Positions 19,815 through 29,676 of a stretch of 64,000 nt of DNA are shown here, piece after piece. The stretch's first letter is position 1; each line of letters starts with the position of its first letter. Position numbers and translations under genes: made by a program. The stretch covers positions 192,001 through 256,000 of the forward strand of contig CBDUPA010000008.1 of assembly GCA_965368975.1 (NCBI GenBank). Reading direction: 5' to 3'. The notes under the pieces are model-generated. The model worked only from the letters and a program-made list of their open reading frames with translations. It searched no databases and was not told where the DNA came from. Source of the stretch: an uncultured bacterium. GTDB lineage: Bacteria; Acidobacteriota; Thermoanaerobaculia; Multivoradales; JAHZIX01.

Positions 19815-21347
19815 TCAACCGCCGGGGAGGTATTCGTCGAGTAGCGGCGCGAGCTTACGGTTGTTGAGGAAGAATATCCGGGCTTCGCTTGGCGTGACGG
19901 AATTGAGGTAGCCGAGCAAGTCGTCGACGCCGCGGCCACCGCTGGCGGCTCGGAACTCGCGGTCCAGGTGCTCGCGGAACGGACGGATGCGTCGCCGTAC
20001 CTTGCCGATCCACTCTTCCAGAACTATGCGCCGCTGCTCGCTGTCTTCGAGCTTACGGAGTTCTTCCACCAGCTGCTGGAAGCTCGCCCGCGGCCGGGCA
20101 ACCACCGGTGCGACAGTGGCGTAGGGCGACAGCGCGCGGGTCAGGCCCAGCGCGTCCAAGACGTGGAAGACCTGCTTGTCCTGCCCGGGGCCGTACAGGT
20201 CCGGGTAGGGGCGGGCGGCCAGGCCGAGCATGCGATCGTACTGGCTGCGGCTGTAGACGGGGCGCAGAAACACCAGGCGATCGACCGCAGGTAGGTTGAC
20301 GCCGTGCGCCAGGCTGTCACCGCTGACCGCGACCCGAGTGCCCTCGCCCGCCGCTCGCAACTGGCGAACGGCCTCCGGCGCCGTCAGTTCTGTGACCGGC
20401 AGGACGACCTCTGAGCCACGGTCGTGTGCTGGCGGGAAGAAGGCGCGCAGGATCTCGGTCACCTGCATAGCGTGGGTATCGTCGAGACAGTAGAGCAGAG
20501 TCGTACCGGGTACCCGTGGGTCCAACTGCTCGACGAGCTGTGAGCAGACCTTGCGCAGAAAACCCGCGTCGCGCAGTTGCTCCAGATGCGCCTGGCAAGC
20601 CGCTTCGATCCGCTCCGTGTCCACGCGGTCGGTCGAGGCCTGGTCGGCAGCTTGGGTGCCCCTGGCCTGCGCTGCGGCCGCTGGGGCTGCGTCTGCAGCG
20701 GGCCCTAGGGCGCGTGGTGGATCGTAATCGACCAGGACGCCGTCGAGCACGGCGCGCCGGTAGCTGTACTGAAAGACGGGCTGTCCGAGGCTATCGATCC
20801 GCTCCTGCGTCGCGGTGCTGGCGAAGACGACATGTGTCGTTACGGGTTCGTTGCCTGCTGCCTCGGTGTTGGTCGCTTCGATGCCGCGGACGACTTCGTC
20901 ATGGAGCACGTCGTCATAGACGACGAAGTTGGCTGGCGATGCGGTCGCGGCCCGGTCCCGGCTCTCGCTGACCTGGATACGCAACCGACCTGTGACCCTC
21001 AGCTGACCCGTCGAATCCGGTTCCTCGCTACCGTAGAAGCTGGCGAGTGCGCGACCAGGCTCGATCTCCATCTGGGCGTAGTCCGTTACCGCTTGCTGTC
21101 GCAGCAATTCGGTGCCGACGAACAAGCAACCAGAGGCCACGGGGTGGGCACTGAGCAGTCGATGCAGCACCAAAAGAGCGAGGCGAGTCTTGCCGGTGCC
21201 GGGCGCGAGCACGACCAGGAGTCGTCGCTGGCCCGACTCGATTCTGTGCTCGAGGTTGCGCAGTGCCTGGCGCTGGAAAGGCCAGAGCAACGTCTCGGGA
21301 AGCGCCGTAGAGCGAGATCTACGGTCGGAGGGCATATCGCTGGTCAC
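19815..21347 (-). CDS. Truncated, degenerate type I restriction HsdR (EcoKI-like) motor-domain homolog
   Basis: PFQRQAL...LAPGTGKTR, GQPVFQYSYRRAVLDGVLVDYDPP, GVNLPAVDRLVFLRPVYSR, PVVARP, all recalled as matching EcoKI-type HsdR. No N-terminal nuclease domain; DEAH reads DDVLH and motif VI reads RMLGLAAR. Confidence 0.8.
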   Translation of the reverse strand: MTSDMPSDRRSRSTALPETLLWPFQRQALRNLEHRIESGQRRLLVVLAPGTGKTRLALLVLHRLLSAHPVASGCLFVGTELLRQQAVTDYAQMEIEPGRALASFYGSEEPDSTGQLRVTGRLRIQVSESRDRAATASPANFVVYDDVLHDEVVRGIEATNTEAAGNEPVTTHVVFASTATQERIDSLGQPVFQYSYRRAVLDGVLVDYDPPRALGPAADAAPAAAAQARGTQAADQASTDRVDTERIEAACQAHLEQLRDAGFLRKVCSQLVEQLDPRVPGTTLLYCLDDTHAMQVTEILRAFFPPAHDRGSEVVLPVTELTAPEAVRQLRAAGEGTRVAVSGDSLAHGVNLPAVDRLVFLRPVYSRSQYDRMLGLAARPYPDLYGPGQDKQVFHVLDALGLTRALSPYATVAPVVARPRASFQQLVEELRKLEDSEQRRIVLEEWIGKVRRRIRPFREHLDREFRAASGGRGVDDLLGYLNSVTPSEARIFFLNNRKLAPLLDEYLPGG

Positions 21348-21497
21348 AAGGCTGGATTATAGCCCGAGGAATCCGGGCCAGAGCGGCGAGGGGGAGATGG
21401 CGGTGCCGGGAGGACGGCACACTGGCAGCCCATTCCCGGCACCCGCGACTCTGGTAGGCAAAGCTCGCAAGACGAGCCCTGGAGACCATCACCTCGA

Positions 21498-22283
21498 TCA
21501 GGCTGCGCCTTCGCCGCCAGCAGCGTCACCACTAGGTGCACCTCCACCGGTCGCCGCGCCGCTAGCTGCCTGTTCGCCGGCAGTCAGCCCCATACGCTTT
21601 TTCAGCTCGGCCAGGGAGTCTTGCGCCTTGGCGGCACTCGGCGAGCCGATGGCCTTGTCGATCTCCTCGTCGATCGAGGTTGCGCCGTCGGCCATGTCAC
21701 CGTAAGCCTCGGCCAGCGCTTCCTGCTCGGTGACTTTCTCTTTCATCTTCTCGAGCATGGCGATGGTACCGGAGGTATCGACATTGGCCAGTTGACGGTT
21801 GATCTTCTCCATCGAGTCGGCAGTCTTGGAGCGCGCGCGTAGCGTGGTCAGCTCGGCCTCGTAGTGGCCGATCTGGTTCTTCAGCTTCTTGACCTTGCTC
21901 TCCAGCTGGTTGGCCAGCTGCTCCTGCTTGGTGAAGTCGCTGCTCAGGCTGGTCGCGCGCTGTACTGCTTCTTCTTTCTTCTCCAGGGCAGCGGTCGCCA
22001 GGCGGTCGGCCTCCTCGCCGACAACTTCGCCGCGCTGCCCCTGCTGCAGCAGCAGCATTGCCTTGCGCTCGTAGTCGCCGGCCAGCTTCTTCTGGTCTTC
22101 GGCGTCCTTGCGCTGGCGAATCGCGATGGCCTTGACCTGCGCCAAGCTGGCCATCGATTCTTGCAGATCCTTCTTCAGGTCACGGATACCTTGCTCTGTG
22201 AGCTTGATCGGGTCTTCGAATTTGTCTACCGCCGAGTGCGCCTCGGACTGGAAGATTCTGAACAGTCTTTGAAAGATCGACAT
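21498..22283 (-). CDS. pspA: PspA/IM30 (bacterial ESCRT-III) family protein
   Basis: MSIFQRLFRIFQSEAHSAVDKFEDPIKLTEQGIRDL, long coiled coil, C-terminal LAELKKRM. Confidence 0.95.
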   Translation of the reverse strand: MSIFQRLFRIFQSEAHSAVDKFEDPIKLTEQGIRDLKKDLQESMASLAQVKAIAIRQRKDAEDQKKLAGDYERKAMLLLQQGQRGEVVGEEADRLATAALEKKEEAVQRATSLSSDFTKQEQLANQLESKVKKLKNQIGHYEAELTTLRARSKTADSMEKINRQLANVDTSGTIAMLEKMKEKVTEQEALAEAYGDMADGATSIDEEIDKAIGSPSAAKAQDSLAELKKRMGLTAGEQAASGAATGGGAPSGDAAGGEGAA

Positions 22284-22322
22284 CGTCTCTGTCTCCGTGG
22301 GTAGTGCTTCGAGGGTAGGACT

Positions 22323-22727
22323 TCAGGCCGCTGCCTGCACGTGGTCGAGCAGTTCGCTCGCGTGCTCGGCGAGGGCCAGGGACAGGGCGCTGATCGAGCC
22401 TTCCAGCTCGCCCAGGTCGAGGGTAGAGAGGCGCAGCGTGTCGCGCCAGAACAGACGCTGGCTGTTCGAGTCGAGCACAAAGGCACCGTGCACCAGGGTC
22501 CGGTTCATCTGTAGCAGGCGGCGGTAGAAGCCGCTGTCGACGTCTTCGGGCAGGTCCAGGATCAGCTGCTCCAGGACCAGGATGGGATCTTCGCAGTCGA
22601 TCACCAAGTTCTTGATGCCGTTGGCTTCGTCTTCGACGATGAGCAGTTCTTCGGCGGCGTCGGTATGAACGATCTTGAGGTCGAGCTCCAGGACATATTC
22701 CTGCACTCGTGGCCAGTGTTCGGACAT
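22323..22727 (-). CDS. YbjN/CesT-like chaperone-fold protein
   Basis: LVIDCEDPILVLEQ...RRLLQMNRTLVHGAFVLD...WRDTL...ELEGSISALSLALAE; typical pspA neighbour. Confidence 0.8.
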   Translation of the reverse strand: MSEHWPRVQEYVLELDLKIVHTDAAEELLIVEDEANGIKNLVIDCEDPILVLEQLILDLPEDVDSGFYRRLLQMNRTLVHGAFVLDSNSQRLFWRDTLRLSTLDLGELEGSISALSLALAEHASELLDHVQAAA

Positions 22728-22817
22728 TCTGTGATCCTCCTGTGGGGGTCGATTCTTGCGCGCACCAGGTGGAAGCGTGCGCTGCAGTATATCAGTCAGT
22801 GGTGAGTTGTCAGAGCG

Positions 22818-23219
22818 TCAAGCCCGGCGTTCCAGGTGACGTTTCAGTTGCTCGTAGGCGTGGTTGAGGCCCTTGACCAGTTCGGTGGCGGTGTGCAGCT
22901 GTTCTGGGTCGCCGGAGTGCAGGTCGGGATGATACTTGCGCATCAGCCGTTTCCAGGCGTCGCGTACTGTTGCCAGGTCGGAGCCGTAAGGAACTTCGAG
23001 GTTGCGGTAGTAGCGGGCCAGCTCCGGATCTTCACCGGGCTTGCCCTCGGACGGCTGTGCCTCCTGAGATCGACCCGTTCCATCCGCACCGGTTCGAGCC
23101 TGGCCGCGGCGCATCTCTTCCCAGGCGGCCCGCTCAGCGTCGCTCAACTTGGGACGGCCTCCGAGGCGGTTGCCGACCTCGGCCTCGACGATGCGCCACA
23201 GGCGGCGGAGCAGACTCAT
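22818..23219 (-). CDS. Small protein with C-terminal J domain
   Basis: YYRNLEVPYGSDLATVRDAWKRLMRKYHPD...LNHAYEQL (HPD motif); N-terminus MSLLRRLWRIVEAEV. Confidence 0.88.
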   Translation of the reverse strand: MSLLRRLWRIVEAEVGNRLGGRPKLSDAERAAWEEMRRGQARTGADGTGRSQEAQPSEGKPGEDPELARYYRNLEVPYGSDLATVRDAWKRLMRKYHPDLHSGDPEQLHTATELVKGLNHAYEQLKRHLERRA

Positions 23220-23268
23220 GACGACTTCTTCCTTCCGGCGAACCCGGACAGCTGTGGGAAAGGCGGCA

Positions 23269-24831
23269 TCAGTACAGATCCCAGGCACCGTCGCGGTAGT
23301 AGTAGAAGACGGCCAGATCTCGCTCGTTGCTGATCCGGATGGTGTCGCGGTCGTCGAGCAAGCCCTTGCCGAAGTGCAGCATACTGACCATGGCATCGCG
23401 GTTCAAGAAGCGGGTCTTCAGCCCCTCGAACCGCTCTTCGGCGAGGTGTCGGCGTAGCGCCTCGACCTCGATCACGCGACTCGCGGGTGGCTTGACGCCT
23501 AGCACCCAACCCCATTCGCCCATGGTCGGCACGTGGTTGTGGTAGGGCAGTGCGGTCAGGCCCGCGGCCTCGATGGTGTTGAGGATGCAGACGAAGGCGT
23601 CGCGCGCGAAGAACGGACTAGTCGCCTGTGTCACCAGCACACCACCGGCGCGCAGATGCCCGGCCGCCAGGCGGTAGAAGCCGAGCGAGTAGAGGCGAGC
23701 CAGGGACACCGTCTTGGGGTCTGGCAGGTCGACCAGGATGATGTCGAAGAGGCCGTGTGCTGCGTCGAGGGGGCGGCGCTGCAAGTAGGCATAGGCATCG
23801 GCGTTGACCACCTCGACGCGTGGATCGTCGAGGCTGCCGCCGTTGAGCGCGGTGAGAATCGGGTGCGTGCGCCCCAGCTCCGTCATTGTCGGATCGAGGT
23901 CGACCAGCGTCACTGTCTCGACCGGGTGCTGGAGGATCTCGCGTACCGCGAGGCCGTCACCACCGCCCAGCACCAGCACGCGGCGGGCGTCCGGCACGAC
24001 GGCAAAGGCTGGGTGGACCAACGGCTCATGGTAGCGGTGTTCGTCGTAGCTACTGAACTGCTCGCTGCCGTCGAGGAACAGCCAGTGATGATTCTTCCAG
24101 CGTGTCATGACGATACGCTGGTACGGCGTCTGCTGACTGTAGACGATGCGGTCGCGGTACTTCTTCTGCTCGCCGAACAGCACCATCGGCTCGGCCAGCA
24201 GCGCGATGGCGACCAGGGCGACGCCGGTCGCGGCGAAGGCGGCGGTGAGCCGGCGCGGCCAGCGACACGTGGCGCGGAAACGGCCGAAGAGCAGCGCCGC
24301 GACGATGAAGTTGACCGCGCCGAGGATGATCGGGGTGTAGGTCAGGCCTAGGTGAGGCAGAGCTACGAAGGCGAACAGCAGGCCGCCGAGCAGTGCCCCG
24401 TAGTAGTCCTTTTCCATCACCGAGCTGAGGTTGACGCGCAGATCCTCGAACACCTCGTTGAGGCGCGCGGCCAGCGGGATTTCGAGGCCGATCAGCAGGC
24501 CGATCGCGAAGGCGGTGAGGTAGATCCAGAAGCCCACCGGCTCGATCCAGGCACCGAGCGCATAGATCAACGGCGCTGACAGCGCGCACAGCAGCGACAG
24601 CGCCAGTTCGACGGTGATGAAGGCGTCTAGCAGGTCGCGCCGTACCCAGCGCGACAGACGGCTACCAACGCCCATGGCGAAGAGCATTAGCGACACGGTC
24701 AGCGTCCACTGGCGCACGGCGTCGCCGAGCAGATAGCTGGCCAGCGTCGACATCACGTACTCCGCTACGATGCCGGAGAGGCCGGTAGCGAAGACGCAGG
24801 CCTTGAGGATGCCGCTACGGGAGGAGTGCAA
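23269..24831 (-). CDS. speE: Membrane-bound polyamine aminopropyltransferase (spermidine synthase-like)
   Basis: About seven N-terminal TM helices, QTPYQRIV, EQFSSYDEHRYHEPLVHP, VLVLGGGDGLAVRE, ILVDLPDP, VPTMGEWGW. Confidence 0.93.
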   Translation of the reverse strand: MHSSRSGILKACVFATGLSGIVAEYVMSTLASYLLGDAVRQWTLTVSLMLFAMGVGSRLSRWVRRDLLDAFITVELALSLLCALSAPLIYALGAWIEPVGFWIYLTAFAIGLLIGLEIPLAARLNEVFEDLRVNLSSVMEKDYYGALLGGLLFAFVALPHLGLTYTPIILGAVNFIVAALLFGRFRATCRWPRRLTAAFAATGVALVAIALLAEPMVLFGEQKKYRDRIVYSQQTPYQRIVMTRWKNHHWLFLDGSEQFSSYDEHRYHEPLVHPAFAVVPDARRVLVLGGGDGLAVREILQHPVETVTLVDLDPTMTELGRTHPILTALNGGSLDDPRVEVVNADAYAYLQRRPLDAAHGLFDIILVDLPDPKTVSLARLYSLGFYRLAAGHLRAGGVLVTQATSPFFARDAFVCILNTIEAAGLTALPYHNHVPTMGEWGWVLGVKPPASRVIEVEALRRHLAEERFEGLKTRFLNRDAMVSMLHFGKGLLDDRDTIRISNERDLAVFYYYRDGAWDLY

Positions 24832-24856
24832 GCAGGAGAGTCCGCAGTCCGGGCGG

Positions 24857-25702
24857 CTAGAGCAGCCAGCCGATCAGCATCGAGGCGGCGATGTAGGAGA
24901 AGGCTTCCAGCAGACCGGCGCCGACGTTCGCTTCCTCCTGGTTCACCAGCTCGTCGGTCAGCTTGGCGCCCGGCACCAGCAGGCGGTCGGTCAGCCAGCG
25001 CACCGCCGGTAGCATGAGCAGCGCAACCAGCAGGAACCAGCCGTACTCCAGCAGGTTCTCGCGCCAGCTCAGGAAGTCACCTCCGACCGAGATGCGCGAA
25101 ATGTTACCGAGCGCGATCAGCACACCGCTGAAGGCGACGCCGACGGCGACGTTGTCCTTCTCGATCTCGTCGTGGAGGTCGAAGGGCAGGATGAAGTCGT
25201 AGACGCGGCTGGCCAGGATCAGCACGCCCTGGCCCAGCGCCCAGAACGCGACCGCCGTCACCAGGTCGCCCTCGCCGGACAACGCACCGCTGAGGATCAA
25301 GCCGTTGGCAATGTGGTTACCGGCTTCGACCGCACCGGTGCCGGCGTTGCGATCCTCGAAGATCTCTTTGTAGTTGTCGAAGTGACGCAGGATCAGCTTG
25401 TCGTTGAGCCAGGCCGAGACGTTGAGCAGCAGGATCGCTACCAGACCGTAGAAGCCAATGTCCAGCAGGTCGTCGACCAGTCCCTTGTTCGGCCCGAGCA
25501 GCACGCCGGAGAGCGCGATCACCAGCCCGGCGTAGTAGCCGACGACGGCCAGAGCGAAGGCGAAGTTGTCGCGCTGGAACAGTTCGTCGGCGACGTTCAC
25601 CCGCGGTCGCAACCGGTCGTAGATTAGCTTGCCGAGCAGGAACAGCACGAAGACGGCCAGCAGGTAAACGAGGCCGGTCACAGTCTGGTCGATCGAGATC
25701 AT
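24857..25702 (-). CDS. DUF350 (YjfL-like) membrane protein with two repeats
   Basis: Repeated E(L/I)xxxxN(F/A/V) followed by helical hairpins (ELFQRDNFAFA, EIFEDRNAGTG, EIEKDNVAVG, ELVNQEEANVGAG). Confidence 0.88.
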   Translation of the reverse strand: MISIDQTVTGLVYLLAVFVLFLLGKLIYDRLRPRVNVADELFQRDNFAFALAVVGYYAGLVIALSGVLLGPNKGLVDDLLDIGFYGLVAILLLNVSAWLNDKLILRHFDNYKEIFEDRNAGTGAVEAGNHIANGLILSGALSGEGDLVTAVAFWALGQGVLILASRVYDFILPFDLHDEIEKDNVAVGVAFSGVLIALGNISRISVGGDFLSWRENLLEYGWFLLVALLMLPAVRWLTDRLLVPGAKLTDELVNQEEANVGAGLLEAFSYIAASMLIGWLL

Positions 25703-25766
25703 CGGGCGTCCTCCGGAATCAAACGAATGTGGTCACTTGCTGCCAAATTCACCAGTCCCCTCACGA

Positions 25767-26570
25767 CTACTTGCCACCGCGCCGGCCGCGCGAGCGGGCA
25801 CCGCTAGAACGGCTGCGCGAAACGCGGTCGCGCACCTTGTTGGAGAAGCGACTGCGGCTGGAGGCCTGGCGCGCCTGTTGGCGCTGGAAGAACGTCGGGT
25901 TGGTGCGTTGCGTCACCGTGCCACGGGTGCCGTATTGCCGGTTGCTACCGAAGTAGCCGCGGATCGGTCCACTGCTGGTGCGCCGGTCCGCGCGACCCCA
26001 GCCTGCTTGACGATACTGTCGCCGGTAGTCACGGTAGCCGTCCCAGTCACCGCGGTAGACGGGGCCCTGCAGTGCTCCAAAGAGGTGCGACATGAGTGCG
26101 TACTTGCCATAGAAGGACCAGAACGAGTTGCCGCTGTTGTCCGTGCGCCACTCACCGTAGCGGGTGTCACCGACGTATTGGTACCCTGGCGGAAAGTGTG
26201 CCGAGCTGATCTCATCGTCGGCCTGTTTGGACAGTAGCGTCATGCCCAAGAAGGGCTCGTAGCGACCGTAGACGGTCTCGGGCACCTGGATCCACTCGGT
26301 CGTCCGATCCTGCAGGCTCAGTTCGCCGCCCGCTTCGTCGGGCAGGGATTCGGCCCACACCAGCTTGTAGCGATGGAAGTACTCGGTGAAGAAATTGCCG
26401 TCCTCGCGCATGTCGTCCAGGATGATCGAGAACTCCGGGTAGACGTCGAGCTGGCGCTGCAGGTCGTCGAGCGGATTCGACGGTTCGTCGCAGCCGGAGA
26501 GCACCAACACCAGTGCGAAGACCGGTAACGCGCGCCAACCTGGGCCGGCAGCAGATCGTGAGTGTTCCAT
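25767..26570 (-). CDS. Putative lipoprotein with Arg/Ser/Gly-rich tail
   Basis: Lipobox LVLSGC; PPGYQYVGDTRYGEW...SFWSFYGKYAL; tail SRSRSSGARSRGRRGGK. Confidence 0.8.
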   Translation of the reverse strand: MEHSRSAAGPGWRALPVFALVLVLSGCDEPSNPLDDLQRQLDVYPEFSIILDDMREDGNFFTEYFHRYKLVWAESLPDEAGGELSLQDRTTEWIQVPETVYGRYEPFLGMTLLSKQADDEISSAHFPPGYQYVGDTRYGEWRTDNSGNSFWSFYGKYALMSHLFGALQGPVYRGDWDGYRDYRRQYRQAGWGRADRRTSSGPIRGYFGSNRQYGTRGTVTQRTNPTFFQRQQARQASSRSRFSNKVRDRVSRSRSSGARSRGRRGGK

Positions 26571-26577
26571 GCGCCTC

Positions 26578-27138
26578 TCAGTCCTGCTTGTAGGGCAGGA
26601 TATTGGTGAACTGATATTCCTCGACATAGCGGCCCTCGGCGGCTTCGAATTCGGTTTCTCCCCACTGCTCGATGGTCACGAAGTGCTCTTCGTCCTCGTG
26701 CTCGAACTCCCACTTGATCAACTCCTGCGGCGCCCGGTTGCCGTCCTTGTAGAAGTACCCGGCAACGCTCTCGTCGAGGTAGTAGGTCGTGCCCTTGTAC
26801 GTGATGCGGTCGGGCGGATCGTCGTGGTCGATGATGTGCTGGCGTAGATTGCCGTCCAGCGCACCGATAGGGATCTTCTGGCTCCAACTCCAATCGTCGT
26901 CGTCTTCGCCTCCACGTTCCAGGTACCGCTTCACGCGGCCGTGCGTCAGCTCCCACTCGTCGACGAACTGTTGGTCGAATTCATAGCGGTGGTACGCCGT
27001 CACTTCCCACGTCTTGTCGTCGAAGTCGAGCATGAAACCGACGCGCAGCTTGGGTAAGATCAGGTCGTGCAGAGGATCGATGGCCAGCTCTTCGTCATTG
27101 GCTGGCTTGGGGCGACGGAAGAAATCGAACAGACCCAT
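26578..27138 (-). CDS. DUF4178 domain protein
   Basis: MGLFDFF...LRVGFMLDFDDKTWEV...DEWEL...PPDRITYKGTTYYLDES...WEF...TIEQW; first gene of the pspA operon. Confidence 0.8.
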   Translation of the reverse strand: MGLFDFFRRPKPANDEELAIDPLHDLILPKLRVGFMLDFDDKTWEVTAYHRYEFDQQFVDEWELTHGRVKRYLERGGEDDDDWSWSQKIPIGALDGNLRQHIIDHDDPPDRITYKGTTYYLDESVAGYFYKDGNRAPQELIKWEFEHEDEEHFVTIEQWGETEFEAAEGRYVEEYQFTNILPYKQD

Positions 27139-27295
27139 GATTGAGTTGTACGGTAGCACAGGCGCTGGGTTTGAGAATTCGGATACCCGCGACCCTCGGA
27201 TACCACTCGTCTCGACGGTGACCTGTCGATTGAGGAATCGCGCCCGACTGCGTGGTAGGCTTCGAACAGTTCCATAGCTGATTTTCGGAGGGACC

Positions 27296-29656
27296 ATGCC
27301 TACTGCTATCGTCTCGACACTGCGCCGTTGGGCTAACTTGCTCGACGTTCTCAAGTATGCGGTGTTTCTTGCTCTGCTGCTGGCCTGGTTGCCCCTGACC
27401 GCCTACCGCTGGGTACCGGGGCATTCGTTGCTGGGTGGCCTGTTCGCGCAACTGGACGGCTGGGGGATCTTCTGGGTGACCTTCGGGCTCTTTGCCAGTA
27501 GTTGGAGCCTCATGTCGTGCGTCGGCTTGCTGATCGACGGTGCGCAGGTGCGTGAGCGGGCCGATGCGACGTTCGAAGATTCCGTGACGTATGAGTTTCT
27601 GCCGGAGTTAGCGGTACGATTCTTGAGCTTGCCGGTGACGCGGGGCTGGTTGCGCGCGGCGACGCTTTTCGCGGTGTTGTTGTCGCTGGTCGTGGTCCAC
27701 GTGGGTTTGCTCGGTTGGAAAGGGCTCGTGCCGGCGGCAATGGGGTGGCTGTGCAGCTACTTGCTGATGGTAGCTCTGACGGTACCAGCGCAGCTGGTCG
27801 ACCCGGAGTTTTCATTGCTGCCACGCTCGCTGCTGGCGCAGCGCCTGCGCAGTGTGGCCGACGTGGAAGGCATGCGGCGCGTGGCGCGCGCTCTGCGACG
27901 GGCAGCGTCTTGGTTCTCATGGCGGGTGCTGCGCATGCATTACGTGCTCACCGACGGCAAGGGCGCGGACGCGGGGCGAAGGGTGCTCCAGACCGGGCAC
28001 TTCTTGGCGTTGATGAACTTGCTGGGACTGAGCTTGTTGCTGGTGGCCGTCGGTGTCTCGTTCTTCCCGCCAACACCGTGGATCATCGACACCGAGCCGC
28101 CAGCGGCGGCGTATCTCTACTTGCTCTTGACGCTCAACACCTGGTTGATTCTCGGCCTCGACGCGCACTTGGCACGGCTGCACATCTCGCCGGTGCTGGT
28201 GCTCGTTCTCGTGCTGCTGCTGCGGCCGGACGCCGACCACTACTTCGACGTCCACGAGCAACTCGCTCCCGAGTCGCCGTTGACACCGGTGACGGTCGCT
28301 GAGTCGAGCCGTGCAGCGCGAAATCTGGTGGTCGTTGCGTCGTCCGGCGGCGGCATTCTGTCGGCCGGCTGGACAACCCTGGCGTTGCGCAACCTGATTT
28401 CGGAGCGGCCCCAGCTGGCCGAAGAGATCCGGCTTCTCAGCACGATCTCCGGAGGCTCGACGGGAGCCGCCTTCTTTCTCGACGGCGTCGAACAAGCGGG
28501 GGGTGACCTGAGTGCACTGCAAGAAAGCGAGCGGCGCCGAGTGCTCGAGAACGTCTACTGCCGGGCGACGCATGGGAGCTTGAGCCCGGTCGCCTACGGC
28601 TTCGCGCTGGTCGACTTCTGGCGCGTCTTTACCGGCCGTGGTCTGGACTTGCTGTTCACCGAGCGCTGGCATGGACTGGATCGTGCTCGACTGCAGGAGG
28701 ACGCTTGGGGACGCATCGCCGCCTACCAGTGGCAGAGCGCTGCAGGCGAAACGAGCCAGGCAGAGTGGGGGTGCCGACCCGCGGACGTCGAGGGACCGCC
28801 GCGCCGTCCACGATTGTCCAGCCTGCGTGCGGGTATTCGCGAGGGGCGCTTGCCGGCGCCGATCTTCAGCACGACGGTGATGGAGAATGGACACCGCATC
28901 ATGCTGACGCCGATGGCGTTCGAGGAGCCTGTGCCGGGCCAGGGGGAGCCGCTGCAGCGGGCCCGTACTCTCAGTGGTTTTCTCGGCTACCACAGCGAGC
29001 CGACGCCAACTCGCGAGGCGGATCTGGACTTGTGGAGCGCGGCCCGTTTGTCAGCGACTTTTCCCTACGTCTCGCCAGCGGCGCGCGCACGGGTTTACGA
29101 CGGAAAGGACGTCCGGGTACCCGAAGGGCAGCATGGCCTGCATTTCCTCGATGGTGGCTACTACGACAACTCGGGGCTGACGTCGACGCTGGACTGGCTC
29201 CAACCCGTGCTCGAAGATTTACTGCGTCGGGCTCGTGCCGGTGAAGCGGTCGAGCGTCGGGTGCTGCTGCTCGAGCTGACGCCGTTCAGCGCCACGGATT
29301 CCGAGAAGGTTCAGCCGGTGACCGGCGGCGTCGCCGCTTTGTTCGGCCCGCTGATCGGTGACCTCAAACTGCGCGAGGGCATCACCACCACGCGCAACGT
29401 CATCGAGCGAGACCGCTTCCTGGCCAACTGGAACCGTGAGTTCGCCCAGGCAGGGGTCGAGGTCTGCCTGCAGACGGTCACATTCCGTCCGCCGCCCGGT
29501 GCCGAGCAGCCGTTGTCCTGGCGCCTGACGCCGGAACAGATCGAGCAGCAGATCGCCACCTGGCCGGACATGGAGGGAGCGTCGGAAGAGATTCGCCGGT
29601 CGTGGCGTTCGGCGCTCGACTTCCTGAATGCGAACACCTGCCCCCTCGCTGGGTAA
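27296..29656 (+). CDS. Membrane protein with patatin-like phospholipase domain
   Basis: Multiple N-terminal TMs, VVASSGGG (oxyanion), STISGGSTG (nucleophile Ser), LSATFPYVSP, FLDGGYYDNSG (catalytic Asp). Confidence 0.8.
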   Translation: MPTAIVSTLRRWANLLDVLKYAVFLALLLAWLPLTAYRWVPGHSLLGGLFAQLDGWGIFWVTFGLFASSWSLMSCVGLLIDGAQVRERADATFEDSVTYEFLPELAVRFLSLPVTRGWLRAATLFAVLLSLVVVHVGLLGWKGLVPAAMGWLCSYLLMVALTVPAQLVDPEFSLLPRSLLAQRLRSVADVEGMRRVARALRRAASWFSWRVLRMHYVLTDGKGADAGRRVLQTGHFLALMNLLGLSLLLVAVGVSFFPPTPWIIDTEPPAAAYLYLLLTLNTWLILGLDAHLARLHISPVLVLVLVLLLRPDADHYFDVHEQLAPESPLTPVTVAESSRAARNLVVVASSGGGILSAGWTTLALRNLISERPQLAEEIRLLSTISGGSTGAAFFLDGVEQAGGDLSALQESERRRVLENVYCRATHGSLSPVAYGFALVDFWRVFTGRGLDLLFTERWHGLDRARLQEDAWGRIAAYQWQSAAGETSQAEWGCRPADVEGPPRRPRLSSLRAGIREGRLPAPIFSTTVMENGHRIMLTPMAFEEPVPGQGEPLQRARTLSGFLGYHSEPTPTREADLDLWSAARLSATFPYVSPAARARVYDGKDVRVPEGQHGLHFLDGGYYDNSGLTSTLDWLQPVLEDLLRRARAGEAVERRVLLLELTPFSATDSEKVQPVTGGVAALFGPLIGDLKLREGITTTRNVIERDRFLANWNREFAQAGVEVCLQTVTFRPPPGAEQPLSWRLTPEQIEQQIATWPDMEGASEEIRRSWRSALDFLNANTCPLAG

Positions 29657-29676
29657 CGTCGGCGCACGAGGTGGTG

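Noticed and set aside
19815-21347. Functional type I restriction-modification system
   Set aside because: No hsdM or hsdS, no nuclease domain, and degenerate motor motifs.
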